Part shown: piece after piece, positions 49,145 through 62,219 of the stretch | How positions within the stretch are numbered: position 1 is the first letter of the stretch | Layout: every line of letters begins with the position of its first letter | Source: Callorhinchus milii | Taxonomy: Eukaryota | DNA: 64,000 bases | Assembly (NCBI RefSeq): GCF_018977255.1 | Contig: NW_024704743.1 | Span: 46,998,001-47,062,000 of the forward strand | Reading direction: 5' to 3' | Translations under genes and position numbers: made by a program | The notes under the pieces: generated by a model | The model's database searches: none | Told to the model about the DNA's origin: nothing | Seen by the model: the letters and a program-made list of their open reading frames with translations, nothing else

Positions 49145-49420
49145 TCATGTCTCCCTGCCCTACTTGGCCCACCATCTGTGATCAGGCTTTCCGCCTATCT
49201 GCCCCCAATCTCTGGAACTCCAGCCCTCCCTCCGACTCACTCGCTCCCTCCCTCACCTCTTTCAAGGTCCATTGCAAATTGTTCCTCTTTGACTCAGCCT
49301 TCGGTAATCTTTCCCCTCCCAACCCCTCGGCCCCCACTCCAGCTCAGGTACTAAGTCAAGACTGTCAACAGAAACCTCTCAACACAAAAGGTGCTATTTA
49401 ATGTAAATTTATATTGTATT
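49145..49420 (+). mobile_element. L2 3' end, degraded
   Basis: Peptide PTICDQAFRLSAPNLWNS...FKVHCKLFLFDSAF. Confidence 0.7.
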
Positions 49421-50769
49421 GTAGTTCAAAATGATAAAAATGATGTTCAACGATTGGACATAATTTCCCTTGATTTGGAGCAATAGAAAAATTGAACAAG
49501 TACCAATTTTTAACAATTAAGATTGAAATTCAGTAAGCCAAAAACTAAATAACTCTCACTTATCATGTTCGTTGGATTACACATTAAAATGTAATTTGAG
49601 CTGAGTTTTCCCCTGGGATGGAAAGCACTTGGAAAGACTGATTAACAGAACCCTCCATAGGGAAATGCAAAGAACGCTGAATGAAAATGAGTAGAGAAAT
49701 TAATGCATATAGCACAATTATATACCTTATAAAATGCATATCCTTTCTCATAAATTCTAATTTGTCAAGTAATATGTGGATTGAAAGTTCAATAAACAGG
49801 GATTGAATCAGACGTGTATTGTCAATAAAAGTGGTTCAAAAAGAAATGGACAAACCAAAATACTAACGCTTATTTTCAATCCTGAAAAAGCATTTGCGTA
49901 TTTTAGTTTTCAGGAAAAAGTTGAGAATTTAACATGTACAAAATGCTTCTATAACTTTTCCGATCTTTTGCAGTAAGCAACTCATTGACTTTCCAATCTA
50001 TTAACTTGAGTGTAGCTAGATTTTCGAGAAATGTTGTAGTGGTGTGAGTGCTTCTCTGAATAAAAAAGTAATAAAATTGAGAGAGTTGGCAACAATAAGG
50101 AATAGAAATCAGTAATTCTACATAAAGGAAAAACACACTGTTATTTGGATCTTATTCCATCCACACATACCAACAGATAAACAATGAGACATAAGCGGGC
50201 AGAATTTGTTTTTGTTTCTGTATTTGTTTGTGTTCTGCATGTGCACCTTTGACACAAATGTGATCAATTACTGATATTGGTATAATTACAATATTTCTAT
50301 TCACATTTCTTTTACACTGCTTCTGATGGACTGCTTATAATCCACATCAGCCTCATGTCTGCCTTATTAGTGAGAAGGTACTGCAGAGAGAAAAAAATAA
50401 CTTCAGTTTTGATGACATTTAGCTGAAGGAAGTTAAGGCTCTTCCAGGACTTGTAGCCAAAAGTTCAGGCTTAAATCGAAAGGTGTTTTTCCCCAGTTCT
50501 TTTTGACATTCAAATTAAGACGGTGTTCAAAAATTTTCATAATCGTAAATGTTATGACATTATCTTACACACTAAGACAAGGTGGAATTTTAAGCATTTG
50601 ATGTCTGAAAGATAGGCAAACCACAACTGCATGTGTGTAGTTATCAGATGAAATGGGCAGGTCTGATAATTAACAATCATTACGTAGGCCACTTACAAAA
50701 CTGAAACCGCAACTTGATCAAATTCAAAACATGTGAGAAGAACATCGTCAGGGCGTATTGGCATGTTGG

Positions 50770-53578
50770 GGACAGTTACCCAAATAAGAGTTATGTATAC
50801 AAATGCATGTAGCATAAAAAATAAAACAAGTGAGTTAGAAGCACAAATTCAGTTTAAAGGGTACGATGTAGTAGCCATTACAGAGACCTGGTTACAAGCT
50901 GGTCTGGACTGGGAGCTAAATATTCCAGGCTACAAGATCTTTGGGAAAGGAGGAGGAGTAGCAATATTGAAAAAAAGACACAATTACAGCAGTGGAATGG
51001 AAAGATTTCAGTAAGGGTGATCAGGTAGTGGAAATACTGTGGGTAGAATTAAGCCACAGTAATGCAGTTAAGACTCTTTTGGGAGTAGTCTACAGGCCTC
51101 CAGATAGTAGTGATGTAGTAGGGAAATGTATAAATACTGAGATCAGGGAAACATGTAGCAAAAGTATTGTGGTTATAATGGAAAATTTTAATTTTCATAT
51201 AGACTGGGAGAAGCAGGACACCTCAGGTAGTAAAGGCAACACATTTCTAGAATGCATTCAGGACAGCTTTTTGGTACAATATGTTTTAGAACCAACAAGG
51301 GAACAAGCCACACCAGATTTGGTGATGAGTAATGAGCCAGAACTGGTTAACAATCTGACAGTAAGGGAACATCTTGCAAATAGTGAGCAAAATATGATTG
51401 AATTTGACATTAGATTTGAGAGGGAAAAGGGAGAGTCCCAAACCAAGGTTTTAAAATTAAGTAAGGCAAACTTTGATGGGATGAGAAATATATTGACCAC
51501 AGTAAATTGGGCTGAACTGTTAGTGGGTAAACTTGCAGATGAACAATGGGAAGTATTCAAAAAAGTATTTGATACAATACAGAACACGTACATACCCCTA
51601 AAATGCAAAAGCTCCAATCGTGTAGTTAAGCAACCATGGTGGACCAAAGAGGTTAGCGACTGTATTGAGCTGAAAGAAAAGGCTTACTCAAATGCAAGAA
51701 GTGGGAATGCAGAGGACTGGGAGAACTACAAAAGGCAACAAAGAGATTCAAAGAAAGTAATAAGAGGAGCAAAAAGGAGTATGAAAAAAAACTTGCAAGG
51801 GATATTAAAATCAATAGTAAAAGCTTTTATAAATATAGTAAAAGAAAGAGAATGGTCAAGGGGAATATGGATCCATTAAAGACAGATGTATGTGAGACTA
51901 TAGCGGAAAATAAGGAAATGGCTGACTTGTTAAATAAATACTTTGCTACCGTTTTTACAGTAGAAGATGACGGCAAAATACTAGCTGTATAGAGGAACCT
52001 AAAAATAAGTCAGAGAAACGCTTAATAAAATTAATATAAATAAAAAATGGTAATGGAGAAAATAATGAGACTCAAGATAGACAAATCTCCAGGACCTGAT
52101 AGTTTCCACCTTAGGGTGTTAAAGGAAATAGGAGAGGAAATTGCAGATGCATTTGTCGTAATTTTCCAAAGCTCACTAGATTCGGGAATTGTGCCCTTAG
52201 ATTGGAAAATTGTGAATGTCACCTCTTTATTTAAGAAGGGAGGGAGAGAGAAACTAGGAAATTACAGACCCATCAGCTTAACGTCAGTTGTAGGGAAAAT
52301 ACTGGAATCCATCATCAGGGACAGAGTGACTGAACACTTGGACAGGTTTTGTGAAGGGTAGGTCGTGTCTGACTAACCTAGTTGAATTTTTGAGGAGGTC
52401 ACTAAAATAGTGAATAAGAGAGTGTTGTTTATATGGACTTTCAGAAGGCATTTGATAAGGTTCCACACAAATGGTTGTTAGTGAAAATGGAAGCGCATGT
52501 AGTCAGAGGTAACCTTGTGACATGGTTTGATAATTGGTTGGGAGGCAGGAAACAGAGAGTAGGGATAAAGGGAATGTTCTCCGATTGGTGGGACGTGACA
52601 AGTGGTGTCCCCCGGGGTCTCTCCTGGGACCCCAGCTATTTGCTATATATATAATATATATATATATATATAAATGACTTTGATGAAAGAACAGAAAGTT
52701 TTACATCCAAGTTTGCAGACACTAAGCTAGGAGGCTCAGTAATTTGTGTTGATGGGAATAGGAAGTTACAAAGGGACTTAGACAGATTAAGTGAGTGAGC
52801 AAAGCTGTGGCAGACGGAGTTCAATGTAGGGAAGTGTGAGGTCATCCACTATGGACCAAAAAAAGATAAAGCAGGATATTTTCTTAATGGGGAGAAATCA
52901 AGAACTGTGGAGGAGCAAAGAGTTTTGGGTGCCCAAATCCACAAATCACTAAAAGCTAGTTTCCAGGTGCAAAAAGTAATCAAAAAGGTGAATGGAATGT
53001 TGGCCTTTATTTCAAGCTGCCTGGAATAAAAAAGGGAAGAAATGATGCTTCAACTGTATAGAGCGTTAGTCAGACCCCATCTGGAGACTGTGTTCAGTTT
53101 TGGGCACCACACCTCAGAAAAGATATATTGGCCCTGGAGGGGTGCAGCGCAGGTTCACCAGAATGTTACCAGGCCAAAAAGGGTTAAGTTACGAGGAAAG
53201 GCTGCGCAAACTTGGATTGTATTCTCTTGAGTTCAGAAGGTTTGGGGGTGATTTGATTGACGTATTTAAGATGATAAAGGGATTTGATAGGGTAGATTCA
53301 AAGAAGCTATTTCCTCTGATGGAGGAATCAAAAACAAAAAAATTAGCATTTTTTCACTCAAACAGTGGTAGAAATCTGGAATTCTCTCCTCCAAAAGCCG
53401 TGGATGCTGGATCCATCCACACCTTCAAGAGTGAAGTTGATTTTTGGTAGGTCAGGGTTTTAAAAGATATGAGGAAAAAGCGGGAAATTGGAATTCAAAG
53501 GATTAGTTGAGGTGCAGATCAGCCATGGCGGAACAGGCTCGAAGAGCTGAATAACCTCCTCCAGTTCCTATGTTTCTA
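50770..53578 (+). mobile_element. CR1 LINE with a near-complete but frameshifted ORF2 (APE endonuclease + RT)
   Basis: Peptides YTNACSIKNK, VAITETWL, GVVYRPP, KSPGPD, NYRPISLTSVVGKILE, MDFQKAFDKVPH and LYRALVRPHLE, then the 3' tail. Multiple stops and frameshifts, with a (TA)n expansion at about 52644-52672. Confidence 0.95.
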
Positions 53579-54729
53579 AAGCAATAATAATAATCACCTT
53601 TAATGTCGGGAGAATGGTGCAAAGCCAATCACAGTATTTAGTGAGTGTAATGACTGTATTTTGGAGCCGAATGTGGCAGCCAATTTGCACAAGAATTTGT
53701 CCCACAAACAGCCTGAGGGGGGGGAAACTTCACTTTTCGAAAGATGCCATGGGATCTTTAACGTCCACCTGAACAGGTAGATGGACAGGAAGTAGGTTAT
53801 AATAATAGAGGGAAAAGATGTAAACCAAATAAATAGATACCTGTTATCCTTTTATCAAACAAACACCACCACCACCAAATTACACTTGTATAGCGCCCTT
53901 CACTTTGGAAAGACATCCCAGGGTGCTGGACAGGTTCCCCCAAATCATGGGTTTTGGATCCGAGCTGGGAGTTGGGGTCAGAAGGGAAGGGGGGCAGGGG
54001 GGTTGGGGTGGCATGGTGTCAAAACCTGAACTTCTTCTTGTAAGGAATGTACTCCCACAATTGTTACTAATACTCAGTAATTGATGTCTATTTTGCACTG
54101 TCACATAACAGAGAATCCATTGATATTTGGATGTTCTGGATGGTTGGCAACAACAGATTAGGGCAACCTCACTTGGCCTTCTCTCAAACTCTTCAAACCG
54201 GTGCGGAACCTTGGAAACCCCAACTTTTCTTTCTCCCTTATTTCCAATCCTTCACTAAGATGCTTTTTCTTCACCTCCACCACACTGTTCACCTCTGTCC
54301 TATTTCACTTCTAATCCCTCGGAAACACTTGTTTGTGCTTCGTCACATCCCACTTAGACACACTGATCTTCCGAGCTCCACCATCCATGAGCTGCATCTC
54401 ATTGAAAACTCTGCTGCCCGCATCCTCAACCACACCAAACCCGCACGCACATCATTCTAGTAAGGTTGTCCAAAATAGTCGCCACATGTGGTGAATTCCG
54501 AAACAAGATGTGGAGAAATTCCATTTTTGATTCGTAAATAAAAAATAAGTAATGGACACCGTCATTGGGCATGTCATCTAAATACTCATATTTGCATGGT
54601 GTATGTCTATGTACGTTGTCCTTTTTGTACATTTGTTGGTAAAATGGTAAGATGAAGAGCAACGTTTGTGAGTTTTTTTGATTGTTGTGTGTGCTTTGCT
54701 TTTTTGTAACGGTTCATTGTAAAACATCA

Positions 54730-55925
54730 ACAAACAGCAACAAATTGCATTTATACAGTGCCTTTCACATTGAGAGGATGTCCCTAGGTGCTGGACAGTT
54801 GAAGGTTTGTATCTGAGTTGGGGATTGGAATTAAGAAGAGTGAAGAGTGAGGGTGTGTATGTGGGGGGGTGGGAGGATGTCTGAAGACAAGATTGCATTT
54901 ATAGAGCGCCTTTCACATCGGGAGGACGTCCCAAGGCGCTGGACAGCTGGGTCGGGACCCGAGCAGGGAGGAAATGGTCAGGATAAGGGGAGGGAAGGGA
55001 GGGAGTGAGGAGGGGGTAGAGAGTCAAGAGGGGAGCTGAAGGCACAGTTGAAGAGAAAGGTCTTGAGACAGGCCTTGAAGGAGGAAAGGGAGGAAGCAAG
55101 GCGAAGGCACTGGGGGATGGAGTTCCAGAGCCTAGGGGCTGAGAGGCTGAAAGCCCAGCCACCGATGGTAGGGCGGTTAGGGCGGGGGATGTGGAGCAGA
55201 CCGGAGCCAGAGGAACGGAGGGTACGGGCAGGTACGTGGGGGGATAGTAGGTCGGAGAGCTAGGAGGGTGCAAGTCCGTGAATGGCCTTGTAGATGAGGA
55301 TGAAGATCTTGAATCCGATCCTCTGGGGGATGGGGAGCCAGTGGAAGCGAGCGAGGGCGGGAGTGATGTGGTCGCAAAGCCTGGTGCAGGACAGTACATG
55401 AGCTGCAGAGTTCTGAATGACCTGCAGCTTGTGGTGGGAGGTGCCGGGAAGGCCGACGAGGAGAGAGTTCCCGTAGTCCAGCCTTGAGGTGACAAAGAGG
55501 AAAGTCGAGGAAAGTCTTGAAACGGGCTATGAAGGAGGCAAGGGAGGGTGAAAGTGCAGCAGTTCTGGGATGAAATACCAGAGGATGGGGGCAGAAAAGC
55601 TGAATAAACAATCATCGATTGTGGGGAAATCAGTGTGGAGGTCATGGAGCAGGTCAGTGCCCACCGACCGGAGTGAGCAGGCAGGTAGGTAAGGTCGCAG
55701 AGGTAGAGAGGGGTATTCATGAAGGGTTTTGAAAGTGAGGATGGGGATCTTAAACTTGAACCTCTAGGGGATGGGGAGCCAGTGAAGCCGGCGAGGATGG
55801 GGAGTGATTGGCTCACAGAGCTTAGTACGGAAGAGAAAATGAGCTGCAAAGTTCTGAATAACATGCAGCGTGTGGAGGAACAGTTGGGAAGTTTGGTGAG
55901 CAGGGAGTTAGCATAGTCAAGTTCA
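54730..55925 (-). mobile_element. Older L2 3' fragment with a younger L2 (about 54886-55490) nested inside
   Basis: Two L2 tails at about 54730-54800 and 54886-54945. The inner copy reads SRLDYGNSLLVGLP...LHWLPIPQRIGFKI...FKACLKTFLF, and the outer copy resumes at about 55500. Confidence 0.85.
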
Positions 55926-56509
55926 CATGGATGGGAATGCCAGATTCCAGCACCATGGAAACAAAGGCAATGTTGTACAGAGGGGAGCTATCAATTGTGG
56001 TCAGCTAGATCAAACAGAATAACCACTCCAGGCCAACAGAAGAAAGGAAACCCAGTCAATAAGGAGCAGCTCCAACCGGGCTCAATATGGCAAAGGGCAA
56101 ACAGCATCTAAGCACCTGTGTTCTGGATGGAGAGCAGGGTCTGCCGGTCTAAAGAGAAAACTAAAGAGAAGACTGCAAAGTTTCACGCTGAGTGGTGGTA
56201 GATGTTTGATAACTAGAAGTCTGTTAGTAAATATATATATAAATATACATGTGACGTTCACTTACCTGTGATTGTGTGAATGGATGTAAGGGGTTTTCTA
56301 TTAAAATTAGTGAATGTGGCTAAACTGTGTTGTAGTAGTCACACCTATCACACCTGTGGCTAATCAGTGATTTTTATTGGCAACATTGCACTAGTCCTCC
56401 CAGTCTCCACTTATCTCCCAATGGATCAATTTCAATATCTTCTCTCTCACATACAATTCCCTGGCACCTCCTTATTTCCCTGATCTCCTCATAAATTGCT
56501 GCTTCTTTT

Positions 56510-57290
56510 CCTGTCAGCGCCTCCAAATCCCAGGCTCTGAAAGCATCGCCATCCTTGGTTGCACACTCCACCTTACTAAGCCAGTCCGGAACCTTGGCGT
56601 CTTGTTTGACCATCAACTATCCTTCCTATCCCACATCTGCGCCATCACACACTCTGCCTTCCCCCACTTCCGGCAACATCGCTCGGCTCTGCCACTGTCT
56701 CACACCACAGGCCACTACACGCATTCATTACATCGAGGCTTGACGATGCGAACTCCTTGCATGTCGGCCTTCCCAATGCCTCCCTTCATAGGCTGCAAAT
56801 CATCCAGAACTCTGTGACCCTATCACCCGTATCCTCGCCCGACTCCACTGGCTTCCCATCACACAGAAGATACAGTTCAAGATCCTGGTCCTCACCTTCA
56901 AAACCCTCCATGGCCTTGCTCCCCCCTATCTCTGCGAGCCCCTAACGCCTACTATCCTGCCCGCTCCCTCGCTCAGTGGGCTCCTTCCTGTTTCACGTCC
57001 CCCGCCTCACCTGCCCCACTATTGCCAGGCGGGCCTTCTGCCACTCTAGTCCCCACTCTCTGGAACTCCATCCCGCAGTCCCTCCGCCTCGCCCCCTCCC
57101 TTGCCTCCTTCAAGACCAATCTCAAGACCCTCCTCTTCGACTGTGCTTTTCATCACCCTGCTTCCTCCCACTACCCTCCACATTCCCCAATCCTGAGCCC
57201 CAGTTTGGGTCTGAATCTCTGACTGTCCAGCATCTTGGGACGTCCTCCTAATGGGCAAGGTCTATACAAATGTAATTTTGTTATTGTTAT
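56510..57290 (+). mobile_element. L2 3' fragment
   Basis: Peptides RLQIIQNS and TLWNSIPQSLRLAPSLASFKTNLKTLLFDCAF, plus the tail. Confidence 0.9.
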
Positions 57291-57727
57291 TCTTTTGCCT
57301 CATCCGTTCAGCTAACTTGGGCTTGCTGCGTGTCCCAGCTCTCTCTGCAACCATCAGTAGCCGGTCCCTAACCTCTGAAATCTCCTCCCTTTGCCACTTC
57401 ATCTAGTTTGCTCTCTTACTGTCTTCAAATCCTGTCTCAAATCCTACCTTTTTGAAGATGCCTATGATCACCTCCCCCTGTCCCCTCTCCCTCACTTGGT
57501 GTCCGACCCCATCGCTGTGAAGTGCTCTGAGACTTTATCCATTTGAAAGGTGCTATATAAATGCAAAGTGTTTTTGTTGTTGAGTAACTACTGATCTGGT
57601 TAAACAGGGAGTGACCATGCATTTGAGCATGCACAGCGCAGAAAAGTGCATGTTTTATTCACAGAGCAGGAACAGTAAAATACAGAATTGTTGATTCTCC
57701 TTTCATTTGGTTTAATTTATTAATTTA

Positions 57728-57985
57728 TTGTGTAGCGCAGTGGTTAGAGCGCTCGCCTCGCAAATGAGAGACCTGGGTTCGATTCCTGGGAAGGCAAAAC
57801 CTTGGGCAAGTTTCCTTACTCCAGTCACTTCAATCCACGACTGTGGGACACTCCTGTGCGCAATTGGCTGTTGCGTTTTGCCGACAAATATACAGTCAAT
57901 TCACTTTACAGTATACTCTTGAAACGCTTTGAGACGTCTAGAAGATGTGAAAAGCGCTACATCAAATGCAAGGATTGATTATTTA
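57728..57985 (+). mobile_element. tRNA-like SINE with a larger internal deletion
   Basis: tagcgcagtggttagagcg...gttcgattcc head joined almost directly to the Deu core and tail. Confidence 0.85.
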
Positions 57986-58359
57986 TTTAACAATAGCAAA
58001 GGATTAAGAGAGTGGCCTTTGATCAATCACAACAATAGTTCTAGTTTACTCTGACACAGGATTACAAAAGAATGCCAATATACACAGGCATCTTTTTAAT
58101 TGAAAAGTGTAACCTGGAGTTCCGCATATCAGAGAATATTGGTGTGATTTTCAGAAAACTCCCTCCATTGTTTGTGTTGGATTCCCACAATTGAAGGCAC
58201 AGAAACTTGCTTGTCTTTGAATCAAACACTGAGCTCCCCAGATTGGTATTACTGAACATTATACGTCTCCTCCCACGTGTTTTTCGCAAAAATCTTGTTA
58301 AAAATGTTACTAAAGGACCATATGCTTCTCTTAACTACTTGCTTTCACTGTAATTTTTT

Positions 58360-58695
58360 GTAAAGAATGTGGCAGCTAATTTGCATGCAGCAATGTCCCA
58401 CAAACAGCCATGATGTAAAAGACCAATTTTATCTGGGAGATTGTTGGCCACGACACTGGGAGAAACTCCCTTCTTTTTATGAATAGAGCATGGGATCTTT
58501 AACCATCCACTTGTACAGGCAGATGGGACCTTGGTTTAGCATATCAAGAAAGACAGCATCTCTGCCAATGTGACTCTTTCCCAGCAAGGCATTGGAATGT
58601 CAGCCTACACTATGAGCTCAAAGTCCCAACATGGGGCTTCAACCTGGAACCTTCTGACTCAGGGGCAAGAGTGCTATCAACTGAGCCAGTTGGAC
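58360..58695 (-). mobile_element. Deu-domain SINE
   Basis: Reverse-complement head tggctcagttgatagcactcttgcccctgagtcagaagg and the Deu core. Confidence 0.8.
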
Positions 58696-59764
58696 ACCTA
58701 AAATAAAGTTTGAGGCAAGATAATAAAATGGGTTGCTTAAATAGCATTAATTTTCAAACAAGTCTTATTCTCCCTGCCATCCTATTTGTCCTAACCTATG
58801 AACCGCCTGTGACCCCCTTTAACCCTACCAACCCAGCTACTCATTCACTCAGTGAACACTGGTCTGCTTCATGACCCCACTCTATCTGCCCTCAATTGAC
58901 TGGTGGATATTAAAACTGGATAGTGCAGAGTTGGAATAATTCACAATGCATACAGCAGCAGATTCAACCTTGATTAGAGTAAAAGTTGTGTTTCCAGTGA
59001 CTGTGTGTTGACATTCACATGGCTAGGAAAGCATTAATCCTTTGAGTTCTAAACTTTTCTTGAGTTTCGGGCACCCTGTTTCCACCAATAGATTCCATTT
59101 GGCAAGACAAAACTTTCTGACAAGGCAGTCACAATGCAATCTAAACTAAAAGTCCCAACAGAGCTCAAAGCACAAAGCTCAAAGCATTGAAAACCTCATT
59201 GAAATGAGTAAGTCACATAACAACGATGAAACAAATAGTTTCACTTAACATAAAAAAGGCTATAGAAACAAAGAAAGAACTTGGACTTTACTTCATGTCT
59301 AGTTACCATCAGGAATGAATTTTGCTTGTTGGCATTACCGAGAGGTCTCTGTCATGTGCTATTTGGTAATAACAGTGGCCTTTTAACTATGTCTTTATAA
59401 TAATTGTCATGATTTTCCATTACAAAGATGTGATAGACTCACTGTTACTTTTGTTCTTTGTAAGAATGTGCCAGGAGTTATTAGGTACTTCCATAATCCA
59501 TGCTTGGAATAGGAGTGTCCTATTTACATAATAATAGTTCTAATATTTGATCAGAAATGTACTTTTGCAAGCATTTTTTCGGCATACACTTTACCATTAC
59601 AATTGAATTTAAACTTCCTCCAAACATTTTTCTGCAAAAAGTTACCCGGAACGTCGATGGCACTACCTCCACATATTTCACGAATGAACAAGGTTTTGGA
59701 TAAGTTGAACTGAAACAAAGCAGAGCCAAAACAAAACAAAAACACAACAAAAAAGAGACTGTAC

Positions 59765-59849
59765 CTGAACAGCTGACTCCCTGAGCGATCAGGCCCCACA
59801 TAAAGTTGGCACAATATTCACACCAGTGAGGACCTCGGAATGTATGGAC
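59765..59849 (-). CDS. CHN2: CHN2 coding exon (85 nt), first part of C1 domain
   Basis: Boundaries ttcag|GTCCAT...TGTTCAG|gtacag. Encodes [28 protein letters not shown]+G, phase 0 to 1. The upstream exons (SH2 domain, start of C1) were not found and are presumably beyond the window. Confidence 0.95.
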
Positions 59850-60559
59850 CTGAAATGTGGAAAGGTGGTTAAAGAATTGAGCACTTTAGGCAGATGGCCT
59901 GACAGATGGAAAAGACAAAAGCAACTGGTCACAAAGCACATCTTTGGGATCAACATGTGAAGCCTTCTTTATCTCTACTTCTTTACAGCTGGGCTCTTGA
60001 AAACCCCTTTCTTTTTAACAATAGGACTTGTTGGTGCATAAACACAACACGTTTTTCTTGCTTTCACAAACTTTCAGTGAATCTGCTGAATCAAACTTTC
60101 AGTGAATCTGGGCAGATAGCACTTAAGATAGTCAAAGTTACTTTTGGAACCAACAAACAAGAATTTCTGCATTAAGTGGATAAACACATCTGATCAGGTA
60201 GCAGCAAAGCAGGATTTTCAAAGTGGTGGGAAGTTTTATAATGTTTTTTTTCTAAACTTGAACTTTAGAAACATACATATAACATTCAGTTGTTTTACAT
60301 CCAGGCAGTAAGTATCTTGTGGAGATATCAAATATGTTTTCTGGACAGCTGTTCAGGCAGCCACTGTCTACTGATATGAGCAATATAATTGTTACCATAA
60401 CAATAGAACTACTTGAAGCAGTATATTAATCATTGCATTTGATGTAACATTGAAATGTTGCAATGCACTTGCAATAATTATTGTTAACTAGTGACAATGT
60501 ATTTACAGCACTCCGAGAAGGGCTCTTTATAAATACATGTGGTTGTTGTACACAAAGAG

Positions 60560-60860
60560 GGTAGCCCACAAATAGCCAAGAGGAGAATGGCCAATTTTTC
60601 TGGAGAATTGTTCACCAGAACACTGGGAAAAACTCTTCTCTTTCGAATAGTATTATTGGATCTTTAAAGCCCACTGAACAGAAAGACAGGATCTTGGATT
60701 AAAGTCTCATCCAAAGGACTGCATCTCCAACAAGACAGTGCTTCCCAACACTGCTCTGGAGTATCAGTCTGGACTGGGAGCTCAAAGATCCCAACGGGGG
60801 GCTTGAATACATAATCTTCTGACCCAGAGGCAAGAAACCTTCCAACTGAGCCAGGCTGAT
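60560..60860 (-). mobile_element. Deu-domain SINE, degraded
   Basis: Reverse-complement head cagcctggctcagttgg...cttgcctctgggtcagaag. Confidence 0.7.
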
Positions 60861-62219
60861 TATAAATACAATATATTACTTAACTAAGTATGGACACCCA
60901 GCCTGCCTCCAGTCACTGAGGTACTCAAAGGGGTGTAAGGGGCAGATGCCCATGGTGTATTGATGATGACATCTGTATTGGAGCCCTCACTGGGTTTCTG
61001 ATGGGTGTGAGGGATCATTGCAAGAATAGTCCCTTTTCTAAAAATCATCACATAGTTTTAATAACAGCAGCCCTGCCCAACACATGGGAACAGATTTGTA
61101 TCACCTGTTCCTGAAATTCTGATAATCATATAAATGTTCATATATAAATATAAATGTTCATTAATGTTCATTAAAAATGTAAGCAAGTATCCGAGTGCCT
61201 CCGAGCTTCCTAATCTCAGCAGCCCTGAGATTTAGTTAAACAAATCTATTTAATTGATAAAGTGCAAACTTTGCAGATTTATTGTGGCTGTAATACTGCT
61301 CATGGCAATACAGCATTGGTATCAGCCGTGCCACAATGAAAGCTGAAAGTTTTACTCACCACTCACACCAATATCAATTGGGATATTTCAGAATTCATGC
61401 ACAGATGTTCAAACGGAGATATAGACCATATGGGTTTCTGCTCTCCAGGACTGTCACATAATAAAATACACAGTCACTACACTTTACAGTGCTCTGAGAC
61501 TCTACCTCACGCGAAGGACCTATGTAAATGCATGTTGTTGTTACAATATATCCTATAAAGCTCTTTGCGACATCTTCCTGACCAGAAAAGGTGCTTTACC
61601 AGAGTAAAGATATTATTCATAATCAAAAGCAACACAGAAGAGCAGCGCAATTTTCCATAAATAAAAAGGCAGCCCCCTTTATCCAATCTTTAAATTAGCA
61701 ACAGGATTCACTCCAAGTAACACACTGTGGTCAATGAAGCAGCAACACAGGACACCTTGCCTACATTGATTCTGACACTGTTGCTCTTGCCCTGGGAAGC
61801 TGCACTTTGGCGGCAGCATAATCAAAAATTGCGTGCGGCAACTTGACAAAAGTGGAGCATTAACAACAATGAAAGCGTCACAACAGCTTTCAAACTGGAA
61901 GTTAAAAAACTAGTTATCAAAAACTGCGGAAAACTTGATTGTCTCTCGATGGAGGTTGGAGCTCTGCCCAGTCACGGCATTATATTCAAATAGTGAGGAG
62001 TGCTCAAGGGGTGTGGCCTAAGTGACTTTAGGGGATAAGGATTAGAAACTACTTTGCAGCAGTTCTAAATCTGGCTTGGCATATGGGGCCCACAGGGTCA
62101 GACAGGGAGAGCACGCCTCACCAAGCCTCATTTATACAATATTATGCCAGATGAGCTGAATATCTCTGTAACAGTTTGATGCCATGATATAGAATTTGCT
62201 AATGTTTACACTGGCAGAA

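Noticed and set aside
50992..51879. 295-aa endonuclease-like ORF as a domesticated gene
   Set aside because: It is part of a CR1 ORF2 frameshifted on both sides, with degenerate motifs (for example MENFN where GDFN is expected).
54899..55864. 321-aa Ser/Pro-rich ORF
   Set aside because: It is an alternative frame of nested L2 fragments.
55971..56351. Possible solo LTR (TG...CA with ATTAAA)
   Set aside because: No matching target-site duplication and no second copy in the window.
60067..60110. 19-bp direct repeat caaactttcagtgaatctg
   Set aside because: A simple local tandem duplication with no further structure.
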